Assembly (NCBI GenBank): GCA_045128735.1
Contig: JBGVRT010000005.1
Span: 7,843-71,842, forward strand
DNA length: 64,000 nucleotides
From: Eubacteriales bacterium
GTDB taxonomy: Bacteria > Bacillota > Clostridia > Oscillospirales > CAG-272
Direction of reading: 5' to 3'
In this document: in pieces, positions 44,354 through 52,976 of the stretch
Layout of the letters: every line of letters begins with the position of its first letter
How positions within the stretch are numbered: position 1 is the first letter of the stretch
The notes under the pieces: model-generated
What the model was told of the DNA's origin: nothing
Databases searched by the model: none
What the model saw: only the letters and a program-made list of their open reading frames with translations
Translations under genes and position numbers: made by a program

Positions 44354-47326
44354 ATGACTAACACAAAATCCACAAAGCGTGCATTGCTTACAAGCGTTTT
44401 GGCTTTGTTCCTTTGCTTTACAATGCTGCTTGGGACGACATTCGCTTGGTTCACCGACAGTGTGACAAGCGCAAACAACATTATCAAGTCGGGCAATCTT
44501 GATATTGAGCTTTATCATAGTGACGATAAAGCAGATCGCGCAAAAGTCGATAACACTACGGTGCTATTTGACGATATTGCCCTTTGGGAGCCCGGTGCAG
44601 TTGTTTATGAGACTTTGGAAGTTGTAAATGAGGGTGATCTTGCACTCAAATATCAGCTTGCTGTCAATGTAACGAATGCAACGGCAAACGCCAATGGCAA
44701 CACGCTTTCAAATATATTGAAAGTGGGAGTTATCGAGGGCGGTGCTACCATCACCGATCGCGTTGCTTTGATTGGTGCGGTAGATGAGTGGATGTCACTC
44801 TCTTCATTCGTTGAGGCAGGCGATCTTGTCAATAAAAACGAGAGCGACATATACACGGTCGTAATCTATTGGGAGCCGAGTGAATACGATAACGATTACA
44901 ATATGAACAACGGTAAGGGTGATCCCCTTACGCTTGATATCGGCGTAACACTCTTTGCAACTCAGCTTGCTGCCGAAATGGACTCGTTTGATGAAAATTA
45001 CGACAAGGACAGCGCAGTTGCTACCGTTGCAGAAGCTGAAGCCATGATGGTTGAAAACAAGGATGTTACCTTGGCAGGCTGTAATGAGCCCGATAGCGTA
45101 TTGAATGTTCCCGCTACTTATACAGGCACGTTGACTTTGGTGAATACTAATGTCAAGTCCGTACAGGCTGAAAAAGATGCAAACATTGTTGTTCTTGGCA
45201 ATGTAACAGTCGATGCTAATGGTAGTGGTATCGCTATGATGGCTTTGGATACGGATGCATTTGACGGTTCCGCAATTTCCGCAAACGGTGTACTTAATAT
45301 TTCCGGAAGCGGTAAACTCACTGCTATTGCGGCTGATGTAAACGGTGCCTCCGGTATCGGAGGCAAGAATGCCACCGAAATCAATATCGAGGGTGTTACT
45401 ATTGATTACGTTTCGGGTAGCTTTGCTTATGGCGTAGGTTCTGATACAAAGTATTATAAGGATGCTCCTGAAGGCGGCGCGGCAATCGGTTCCGATATTG
45501 ACGGCGCGGTTATCACCTTGAATAACGTAATTGTAAATAAGGCAATCGGCGGTTCTAAGGCAGCTGGTATCGGTGCTCGTTTCCACAAGGGCGTTACCGT
45601 TAATATTGTTGATTCCGCTATTGCATATGTAGAGGGCGGTGTTTCTGCCGCAGGTATCGGTGGTAGCCGTGTAAGCAACGGTGCAACCGAGAACGGAACG
45701 ACCATTAACATCAGCGGCTCTACAATCAACGCAAAGGGCGGCGTATATGGCGCAGGTATTGGTTCGGGCTATGATACCCACTGCCAATCCGTTCAGCCTT
45801 TGTGCACCATTAACATCGACGATTCGATCATCACCGCCGAGGGTGGACAGCATGCAGCAGGTGTTGGTACGGGTTATCACAACGCAGCTCTTGATGGTGT
45901 GATTAAGAACAGTACTGTAAATGCAAAATCCGGCGAGATGTGGTATAAGGATAGTTATACTTGCGCTCAGAACATCGGATTTGGTGTTGTAGATCCGGCT
46001 CGTGAGGGACAGCAGACCGATAGCAAACTCGTTAATAATGGAGTAGAAATCAGAATTCCTGCGCCCGGAAAAGCGGCTATCGTTTCTTCCGCTGACGAGT
46101 TGAAAGCGGCTCTTGCCAGTAAAATTCCCAATATCTTCCTTTCCGCAAACATTCAGCTGAATGAAAATATGGATGTTTTAGCCAATACGATCATTAACGG
46201 TAACGGCTACTCTGTTTTTCGCGCTGACGGAACGGCATTGATGACTCTCTCTGAAGATGAAAGTTCTACTATCTATACTGGTGCTATGTTTACCGTAAAG
46301 AGCGGAGCCACATTAACTCTTGAAAACGTGGTTGTTGACGGTGGTGCCATCTGGACCGGTGAAATCAATGAGGTTCTTCAGAGAGGAACCGTTAACGCAG
46401 GTGTTACCGCAACCGGTGCTCTCGTTTCTACCGAGGCTAATGCTCATCTCGTACTCAACGAGGGCGCAGTACTTCAGAACAATGATGGTGCAAACGCGGT
46501 TTCCCTCAATACCCGTGCAGGATGCACTCTTACCATAAACGGCGGTGAGATTATCAACAACCATTCCGCAGCAGGTGCGATCTGGGGCGGCGGTGCAATC
46601 ACCCTCAACGCTGGTAAGATCAACGGCAATCACGGCGGCATCGGCGGCGCAATTCGTGCCGTAACAAACATTGGTACGCTCCTTACGATGAACGGCGGCG
46701 AGATAAACCACAACTATTCCGACGGTAACGGCGGCGCTATCTGGGCAGGCTCGAGTAGCAGTAACAACGTGTACGTGCTGAACGGCGGCGAAATGGCTTA
46801 TAACTATTCCGCAACGACCGGCGGTGCTATCTACGCAGGATACTACGAGACCGTTAAGATCGGCGGAACCTTCAAGATGCACGACAATAGCTGTGCCGCG
46901 GATCTCGGCGCTGAGATCCGATTCCACGATCACGCAAGCCTTGTTATGACGGGCGGTGAGGTTTCCAATGAGGCGGATAACGCATTCTACCTCAACAACA
47001 ACTCCGCTTCCATCACCGGCGGTAAGTACGTCGGCAACTTCGGCTACAGCGGCGGCTTGGGTCTTACCCTCGGCGAGGTAGAGATTGACGGTGTTATCAC
47101 CTACAATCTTGCCACTAACCATAATACCGCATATCTTGCGGCAGAATTCGGCAACTTCAAGTTCACTATAAACGAGACCGCTTCCAACTTTGCTCAGTTC
47201 AACTTCAAACCTGCGGAAGGATACATCTACACCGAAGGCGATGAAGCAAAGCTTGTTTGCATGAACGATGGTTATGAAACCTATTGGGATGCATCTACAA
47301 GCACCTTTAGACTTCAGGCAAAATAA
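44354..47326 (+). CDS. SipW-dependent-signal protein 2: TasA-like N-module plus GGAI (Pmp-like) beta-helix passenger (990 aa)
   Basis: Same signal peptide (LLGTTFAWFTDSVTSANNIIKSGNLDIEL). The C-terminal region has repeated GGAIWGG, GGAIRAV, NGGAIWAG and TGGAIYAG motifs. Confidence 0.75.
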   Translation: MTNTKSTKRALLTSVLALFLCFTMLLGTTFAWFTDSVTSANNIIKSGNLDIELYHSDDKADRAKVDNTTVLFDDIALWEPGAVVYETLEVVNEGDLALKYQLAVNVTNATANANGNTLSNILKVGVIEGGATITDRVALIGAVDEWMSLSSFVEAGDLVNKNESDIYTVVIYWEPSEYDNDYNMNNGKGDPLTLDIGVTLFATQLAAEMDSFDENYDKDSAVATVAEAEAMMVENKDVTLAGCNEPDSVLNVPATYTGTLTLVNTNVKSVQAEKDANIVVLGNVTVDANGSGIAMMALDTDAFDGSAISANGVLNISGSGKLTAIAADVNGASGIGGKNATEINIEGVTIDYVSGSFAYGVGSDTKYYKDAPEGGAAIGSDIDGAVITLNNVIVNKAIGGSKAAGIGARFHKGVTVNIVDSAIAYVEGGVSAAGIGGSRVSNGATENGTTINISGSTINAKGGVYGAGIGSGYDTHCQSVQPLCTINIDDSIITAEGGQHAAGVGTGYHNAALDGVIKNSTVNAKSGEMWYKDSYTCAQNIGFGVVDPAREGQQTDSKLVNNGVEIRIPAPGKAAIVSSADELKAALASKIPNIFLSANIQLNENMDVLANTIINGNGYSVFRADGTALMTLSEDESSTIYTGAMFTVKSGATLTLENVVVDGGAIWTGEINEVLQRGTVNAGVTATGALVSTEANAHLVLNEGAVLQNNDGANAVSLNTRAGCTLTINGGEIINNHSAAGAIWGGGAITLNAGKINGNHGGIGGAIRAVTNIGTLLTMNGGEINHNYSDGNGGAIWAGSSSSNNVYVLNGGEMAYNYSATTGGAIYAGYYETVKIGGTFKMHDNSCAADLGAEIRFHDHASLVMTGGEVSNEADNAFYLNNNSASITGGKYVGNFGYSGGLGLTLGEVEIDGVITYNLATNHNTAYLAAEFGNFKFTINETASNFAQFNFKPAEGYIYTEGDEAKLVCMNDGYETYWDASTSTFRLQAK

Positions 47327-47341
47327 TTATTTTCAGTCCGT

Positions 47342-47410
47342 CCTATCCCTTTTTGTGAGGGATAGGCGGCGATCAAAGGGTATAAATCCGTTTGTGCCTT
47401 TTGATCGCCG
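47342..47410 (+). terminator. Tandem double hairpin at the 3' end of paralog 2
   Basis: CCTATCCCT-TTTTGTG-AGGGATAGG, then CGGCGATCAAAGGG...CCTTTTGATCGCCG. Same architecture and GG|CGGC junction as the other two copies, but different stem sequences. Confidence 0.6.
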
Positions 47411-47459
47411 AAGACTAAGACAACGACGGTGAAATGCCGAACGGAAAGGAGACAATATT

Positions 47460-47552
47460 ATGCAACTTTCACAAATGGCAAATCTGCACTACGGGGGGGG
47501 GTATAGTCACTCTCGGACTGTGCACATTGCACAACCACCCGAACGGAATTAA
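47460..47552 (+). CDS. Candidate 30-aa leader ORF containing a G9 tract (speculative)
   Basis: GGAAAGGAGA RBS lies 7 nt before the ATG. Translation is MQLSQMANLHYGGGYSHSRTVHIAQPPERN. Not in the ORF track, and no homology evidence. Confidence 0.2.
   Translation: MQLSQMANLHYGGGYSHSRTVHIAQPPERN
47493..47501 (+). repeat. G9 homopolymer tract
   Basis: Nine consecutive G in the leader upstream of paralog 3. It is the longest homopolymeric G/C run I saw in the window. Confidence 0.9.
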
Positions 47553-47641
47553 GGTTCGTTAAAAACCGCCTTTTGGTTCTCTCAGCATAGCCAAAATGTC
47601 GGTTCGCATATATGCTGAAAGAAACTAAATAGGAGGTCTTT

Positions 47642-48298
47642 ATGACAAAGACAAGAAACACAAAGTCTGCTCTGTTGACAAGCATTCTTGCACTGTTCCT
47701 CTGCTTCACGATGCTGCTCGGGACGACATTCGCTTGGTTCACAGACAGCGTTACCAGCGCGAATAATATTATCAAAGCTGGTAATCTTGACATCGAGCTT
47801 TATCACAGCGATAAGGCGGTAACCGATGACAAGGTTGGCGAGAACACCAAACTTTTCGACGAAGTAGCTCTTTGGGAGCCCGGTGTAATGGTATGGGAAG
47901 AGCTTACAGTTAAGAATGAGGGCGACCTTGCTCTTAAGTATCAGCTTACTCTCAACGTGCTTGAGGCAACCGAAATCGACGGTGTATCCTTTGCGTCTAT
48001 GCTGAAGGTTGCGCTTGTTGACGATGAATTTGAGTACACCCGTGAGAACGTAGAGGCTATTGCAGCTGACGAATGGCAGGATCTTGCAACCTTTACTCTT
48101 GCAGATAAGCTTGACAAAACAGAAAATGACGTTTACGGAATCGTTATTTGGTGGCAGCCCTCCGAGAACGACAATGTGTTCAATATGAACAATGGCAATA
48201 AGGGCAAAGAAGTAAGCGTCAAGGTTGGCGTAACGCTTGTTGCAACTCAGCTTGATGCCGAAAACGATGCGTTTGGTAACGATTACGACAAAGATGCT
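47642..48298 (+). repeat. Copy 2 of the near-identical 5' coding module
   Basis: See the entry at 41280-41936. Confidence 0.85.
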
Positions 48299-49540
48299 AT
48301 GTATTCTGATGCTGCGGATGTTTGGGATGGAACCGTGGACACCGCATGGTATAACGATACAGATACGATATTCACTTTGTCAACGGCTGAGGAATTTGCC
48401 GGATTTGCTGAACTTGTAAACGAAGGAAATAAATTTTCTGGTAAAACCGTCGAGCTTGAATCTAACATAGATTTTAATGGCGAAGAATGGACTCCTATCA
48501 AAAATTTTGCAGGTACTTTGAAAGGTAACGGAAATGCCGTCAGCAATTTTGAAATCGATGCAACAGCGGGTCATGCCGGTTTCTTCGATGTATTGGAGTG
48601 GGCAACGATTGAAAATTTAACGTTGAGTGACATCACCGCAACTGTTGGTAACTACCGCTTTGGCGTACTTTCACGCAGCATTAACCAGACTAACGTAGAT
48701 AATGTTACAGTTAAAAACGTAAACGTTACAACTGCTGGTTCTGAGGCTTTTGTTGCGGGCTTGTTCTGTCAGGGTACCGTTAACTCTAATATGGAGGTTA
48801 ATAACTGCACCGTTGAGAATTTTACCGTTAATGCGGAAAATGGTGCGATGATAATCGGCGGTATTACGGGTTTTGTTCAGAAAAACGGTACTGAAGCTGA
48901 AGGAACAAACATTTTTGAGAATCTCAATGTTAAGAACTTCAAGGTTATCGCAAATGATACCGACGGATACTGCAATATCGGTGGTCTCGTAGGTCAGACT
49001 CAATCGGTTTGGCAGAATCCCAGATTTAACAATTGCTCCGTTAGCGGACTTGACGTTACCGCAACGGGCACGGTTAACGTAGGAGGCTTCATGTGCGCTC
49101 CCGGCTCTTACACATATGCAGAAGAGTGCACGGTGGAGGGTAAGATCGATGTTTCGGGTGTAACCTCTGTTAATAATTATGCAGGCGGCTTCTTCGGCGA
49201 TTACGGCTGGGGCGATAATGTTAGCAAGGGTGACCACAAGGTTACTAACTGCGTAGCAGACGTTGATATTACCACCAAGTACGCTTCAGTAGGTGGCTTT
49301 GTTGGCTCGGGTACGAATTCTGAAGGAAAAAATAAAAACATAACCTTCACTAACTGTGAAGCAAAGGGAACTGTATCTCTTGTTGATGGCGGTACTGCTA
49401 ATGTTGGTGGCTTTGCCGGACAGACCGATCGAGGCATCTATATTAACTGTTCTGCTGCACAGGATCCGTTCATTGGAAAGGTTCTGGATGGTTATACCCT
49501 TGTAGATGATGGCAACGGAACGTTGACTGTAACCAAATAA
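47642..49540 (+). CDS. SipW-dependent-signal protein 3: TasA-like N-module plus GLUG-like repeat passenger (632 aa)
   Basis: The signal and first about 219 aa differ from paralog 1 at only about 20 positions. The C-terminal part has IGGITGFV, IGGLVGQ, VGGFMC, AGGFFGD, VGGFVGSG and VGGFAGQ repeats. Confidence 0.75.
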   Translation: MTKTRNTKSALLTSILALFLCFTMLLGTTFAWFTDSVTSANNIIKAGNLDIELYHSDKAVTDDKVGENTKLFDEVALWEPGVMVWEELTVKNEGDLALKYQLTLNVLEATEIDGVSFASMLKVALVDDEFEYTRENVEAIAADEWQDLATFTLADKLDKTENDVYGIVIWWQPSENDNVFNMNNGNKGKEVSVKVGVTLVATQLDAENDAFGNDYDKDAMYSDAADVWDGTVDTAWYNDTDTIFTLSTAEEFAGFAELVNEGNKFSGKTVELESNIDFNGEEWTPIKNFAGTLKGNGNAVSNFEIDATAGHAGFFDVLEWATIENLTLSDITATVGNYRFGVLSRSINQTNVDNVTVKNVNVTTAGSEAFVAGLFCQGTVNSNMEVNNCTVENFTVNAENGAMIIGGITGFVQKNGTEAEGTNIFENLNVKNFKVIANDTDGYCNIGGLVGQTQSVWQNPRFNNCSVSGLDVTATGTVNVGGFMCAPGSYTYAEECTVEGKIDVSGVTSVNNYAGGFFGDYGWGDNVSKGDHKVTNCVADVDITTKYASVGGFVGSGTNSEGKNKNITFTNCEAKGTVSLVDGGTANVGGFAGQTDRGIYINCSAAQDPFIGKVLDGYTLVDDGNGTLTVTK

Positions 49541-49558
49541 TTTTAGCAAATCAAGTCC

Positions 49559-49628
49559 CCCAAGCCCTTCGGGGCTTGGGCGGCAATTAAAGCGCATAAG
49601 AAACGATGCTTGTGCGTTTTAATTGCCG
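49559..49628 (+). terminator. Tandem double hairpin at the 3' end of paralog 3
   Basis: CCCAAGCCC-TTCG-GGGCTTGGG has a compensatory C:G to G:C change relative to copy 1. The second hairpin is nearly the same as in copy 1. Confidence 0.6.
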
Positions 49629-49667
49629 AATTTATCTTTTTCCTTTCTTGTGATAGGAGGTCATCAA

Positions 49668-50417
49668 ATGAAAAAACACAAGAGTGATATATACATTTCC
49701 GATAAAACCAAATTGACCGAAAAGGCGTTTAAACAAAGTATTACGATCTCTATTATAGGCATCTTACTCTGTATGGTTGCGCTTTGTTCGGTTACTTGGG
49801 CGTGGTTTAGTACGGAAATATCATCGTCGCCGAGTGATATTAAATCCGCATATTGTGATGTTACTGTTTCCGTCGCAAATGAAAACAATATATTGGATCC
49901 TGTTGATGGAAAATATAATTTTATAAAGAATAAAGCGTACCAAATACAAATAACTGCAACAGGAAGTGCAGAAACAGCTTACTGCATTTTGAAAATAGAC
50001 GGTGCGGACTATTATACTGCGCAAATCCCGACACAGACGGGGATCGTTTTCACTTTGCAATTTGAAGATGATACTCCCGTGGAGATCATCACTTGTTGGG
50101 GAACATCAAGTGTTCCTAACGAACTTAGAAACTTTGCGAATAACGGATTATATTTAAACTGTGAAGTAGTGGAAACTTTGCCTGTTATTATTCCTGAAGC
50201 AACAAAAATTGACGAGACCACTACTACCCAGCCCAACAGCACTGAATCAACCGCCACGGAAACGACGAATTTAGAAACGACATCGGACGCTCCCAGTGAA
50301 GAGACAACCGCTGCGGAAACACCGGCGACGGAACCCACTGATACAGAAGAGACCCCTGTAACAGAAACAACGATTGATACCACATCATCTACCGCTTCTT
50401 CGGAAGTGAGTGAATGA
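49668..50417 (+). CDS. Secreted protein with related signal (TWAWFSTE) and T/E/S-rich C-terminal tail; possible accessory or minor subunit
   Basis: AGGAGG RBS before the ATG at 49668. The TM ends in CSVTWAWFSTEISSS. The tail is TTTQPNSTESTATETTNLETTSD... Confidence 0.5.
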   Translation: MKKHKSDIYISDKTKLTEKAFKQSITISIIGILLCMVALCSVTWAWFSTEISSSPSDIKSAYCDVTVSVANENNILDPVDGKYNFIKNKAYQIQITATGSAETAYCILKIDGADYYTAQIPTQTGIVFTLQFEDDTPVEIITCWGTSSVPNELRNFANNGLYLNCEVVETLPVIIPEATKIDETTTTQPNSTESTATETTNLETTSDAPSEETTAAETPATEPTDTEETPVTETTIDTTSSTASSEVSE

Positions 50418-51507
50418 TTGTCACGCATATTACTTAAAAAATATTATGGAAACAAAACACGAAGCTATATCTTGTTTCGCTATGACACTTGAATCGATGC
50501 AATCCTTTGTGGCGTTTGAGGAAAACAAGGGTGCTTCGGACAATATGTTACGCAGATTCAAATCAGCAGTGAAAATGCTCTATAAGTTTTTGCCCGAGGA
50601 CAAGCTTCTTACTCGTGAACGGCTTTTAGAATGGCGTGCAGATTTGAATGAGAAGGGATACGCCTATCAGACAGTACAAAATTATGTTATATGGATCAAC
50701 CTGTATCTCGACTATGTAGGACTTTCAGACATACGTTTTAATCGCGGTAAGATGAAGGATATATCCGAAGTCGAGTTCGGATACCTTACGGCAATCGAGC
50801 CAACCGACAAAAGAGACCGCAAGGACGTAGTATGGCTCTGTCGATGCAGATGCGGGACAATGGTTGAAATGCCTGCAACTCGTCTGCTACTTAACAACAC
50901 ATTGAGCTGTGGTTGTATTTTGAAAGAGAAGATCAAGAGGGTAAACAAGTATTTTGACGGAACCTCTTTGGAGCAATCACTAAAGGATCAAGTGGTAAGC
51001 ACCCGTAGCACAAGCGGATACGTTGGTGTTACAAAAAAGAGAGATAAGTGGCAAGCTTATATAACATACAAACGACAGCACATTAGCCTCGGCGTCTACT
51101 CTAAATTGGAGGATGCGGTCAAGGCTCGTGCAAGAGGAAAAGAAGCTGTTATGGAGGATGCCGCTGAGCTATTGAAGATATATGAGGCTATACACGAAAA
51201 TGATGAGGCACTTCCAAACAAGGTAACTTCACCAAGACGAGACTTTTCGTATGAACCGCGAGTAATAAATAATCAGCCGACTACCGCTGCAAAACGCGTT
51301 GATAATACAAGCGGTTATACCGGGGTTGCATTTAGGAAGAGTAAATGGGAGGCTCGTATTTGCTATAACAAGTTGCGATATATTCTCGGACGGTTTGAAA
51401 CACAAGATGAAGCAATCAAAGCAAGGCAAGATGCAGAGAATTTACTTAAAACGGATCCAAATGCTTTTGTTGAACATTATGAAGAGTGTCCAAAACACGC
51501 AATATAG
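50410..51507 (+). CDS. Regulator-like protein: integrase core-binding (SAM-like) domain, Cys4 motif and two AP2 DNA-binding domains; no recombinase catalytic domain
   Basis: N-terminal MLRRFKSAVKMLYKFL...YAYQTVQNYVIWINLYLDYVG (CB-like); CRCRCG...CGC. AP2-like segments SGYVGVTKKRDKWQAYITYKRQHISLGVYSKLEDAVKAR and SGYTGVAFRKSKWEARICYNKLRYILGRFETQDEAIKAR. Start is uncertain (50410 GTG, 50446 or 50482 ATG). Confidence 0.55.
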   Translation: MNDCHAYYLKNIMETKHEAISCFAMTLESMQSFVAFEENKGASDNMLRRFKSAVKMLYKFLPEDKLLTRERLLEWRADLNEKGYAYQTVQNYVIWINLYLDYVGLSDIRFNRGKMKDISEVEFGYLTAIEPTDKRDRKDVVWLCRCRCGTMVEMPATRLLLNNTLSCGCILKEKIKRVNKYFDGTSLEQSLKDQVVSTRSTSGYVGVTKKRDKWQAYITYKRQHISLGVYSKLEDAVKARARGKEAVMEDAAELLKIYEAIHENDEALPNKVTSPRRDFSYEPRVINNQPTTAAKRVDNTSGYTGVAFRKSKWEARICYNKLRYILGRFETQDEAIKARQDAENLLKTDPNAFVEHYEECPKHAI

Positions 51508-51516
51508 GAGAAATTT

Positions 51517-51990
51517 ATGAGCAGAGCGTTGCCTACAAAAGAAAATTTAATAGGTCGCCGCTTCGGCAAATTAGAGGTTATCGGTCGTTCGGACAAGCGT
51601 GGCTCTCGCGGAGCACGAACGGTTCCGCTATGGGAATGTCGTTGTGATTGCGGCAACATTACATATAAAGCGACGGATACGCTTACCAATCCCGAACTCA
51701 GTATGTGCAACGATTGCGTAGGAAAGTATGCGGGTCAAAAGATGCGAGAGAAAGCCGGATACGTTGACGGAACGCAGATTAGCCGTTTGACAAGCACCAA
51801 GCTTATTTCTACGAATACGAGCGGGTGTCGAGGCGTTTATTTTGATAAGCGGACAGGACTATGGCGAGCAAGACTCAAATTCAAGGGGAAACTTATGAAC
51901 TTCGGTTCTTACAAGAATTTTGAGGATGCTGTCAAAGCACGTAAAGATGCAGAACAACAAATATTCGGTGAATTTTTAGATAATAGGTAA
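51517..51990 (+). CDS. AP2-domain DNA-binding protein
   Basis: FGKLEVIG...CRCDCG...CNDC followed by SGCRGVYFDKRTGLWRARLKFKGKLMNFGSYKNFEDAVKAR. Confidence 0.6.
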   Translation: MSRALPTKENLIGRRFGKLEVIGRSDKRGSRGARTVPLWECRCDCGNITYKATDTLTNPELSMCNDCVGKYAGQKMREKAGYVDGTQISRLTSTKLISTNTSGCRGVYFDKRTGLWRARLKFKGKLMNFGSYKNFEDAVKARKDAEQQIFGEFLDNR

Positions 51991-51999
51991 TGATATTAC

Positions 52000-52046
52000 A
52001 GCACGCCCCTTTCATCAAATTGATGCAAGGGGCGTGCTATTTTTTT
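52000..52046 (+). terminator. Rho-independent terminator
   Basis: AGCACGCCCCT / AGGGGCGTGCT stem followed by TTTTTTT. Confidence 0.8.
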
Positions 52047-52139
52047 ATAACATATGTTTGATTTAAGGCAACCTCAAATAAAAATACAAAAATCAACCAA
52101 AAAACAAGTAATACGACAAAAGTAGAACCTTGGCGATTA

Positions 52140-52168
52140 TTGAAATATTCACAAAAATATGGTAGAAT
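52140..52168 (+). promoter_or_regulatory. Extended -10 promoter
   Basis: TTGAAA, 17-nt spacer, TGgTAGAAT. Confidence 0.6.
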
Positions 52169-52451
52169 ATTAGTGAGGATGTTCGAAAATCCTCATCAAA
52201 TATCAAATATTTTATTATTATGGAAACGGGGTTTGGACAGTATAGCCTTAATCAAAATTCTCGAAATCCTGTTTTTTAGGATGGGGGGGATTTTTGTGTG
52301 TTGGTCTACTCAGACATCAACATTGATGCTTGTAATGAGCGACGATTATAGTATGGATACTTGCTAAAAGAAAAAGCAAGCTTTTTCCACATGGGGATAT
52401 ATGGGCTTGATACCGAACTCACAGTTCACCTTAATACCGAAATACCGATAG

Positions 52452-52499
52452 ACACACTCTGTGTCCAGCAATCTCTGCTGGTCATAGAGTGTGTTTTTT
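52452..52499 (+). terminator. Strong terminator inside the leader of the sigma-like gene pair
   Basis: ACACACTCT / AGAGTGTGT outer stem with an inner CCAGCA/TGCTGG stem, followed by TTTTTT. Confidence 0.7.
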
Positions 52500-52586
52500 C
52501 TTGCGAAAATTGTAAATATGTGTCTATTCGTGGTCCTCCGTCAAATTGATTTTCCATCAAGAATTTCAATTTACACGGAGGTTTTT

Positions 52587-52976
52587 ATGTATAAGAAAAA
52601 TGAAGGAATAAGCGAAAATGACAGATTGCAAAACAGATTTTCTTCCTATGTTTCCATGTCAATTCATAGAGAAAGAATGCTGTATATAAAAAGAAAAGTT
52701 AGACGTCTTGAGTTTGAAGTCGTTCTTGACGAAATACACCTTGGTATCGCCGACTCATCAAACTTTTCTGACGCCTTTTGCGACAACGACAGCCTTACAT
52801 ATGCCCTGCAAAAGCTGTCTGCCAAGGAGAGACATATATTTCTTACTCACGTATTGGATGAAAAGAGCTTTGTTCAAATCGCAGACGAGATGGGTATGAA
52901 ATGGAAGAGTGTCGCAACGACGTATTATCGGACCGTAACTAAGCTGAAAGAACTTTTGAAAGGAGATTACGAATGA
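52587..52976 (+). CDS. Sigma-70 region-4-like HTH protein (Tn916 Orf7-like)
   Basis: GGAGG RBS before the ATG at 52587. LSAKERHIFLTHVLDEKSFVQIADEMGMKWKSVATTYYRTVTKLKE. Confidence 0.5.
   Translation: MYKKNEGISENDRLQNRFSSYVSMSIHRERMLYIKRKVRRLEFEVVLDEIHLGIADSSNFSDAFCDNDSLTYALQKLSAKERHIFLTHVLDEKSFVQIADEMGMKWKSVATTYYRTVTKLKELLKGDYE

Noticed and set aside
52049-52058. AACATATGTT palindrome, considered as a possible fourth recombinase site marking the far end of the cargo island.
   Set aside because: It is only 10 bp with no central spacer, in AT-rich DNA right after a terminator. That is too short to distinguish from chance.
52140-52549. 75-aa and 62-aa + strand ORFs in the leader before the sigma-like genes.
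   Set aside because: The first begins inside the promoter (upstream of the likely TSS). Neither has an RBS. The region ends in a strong terminator, so I treat it as non-coding leader RNA.
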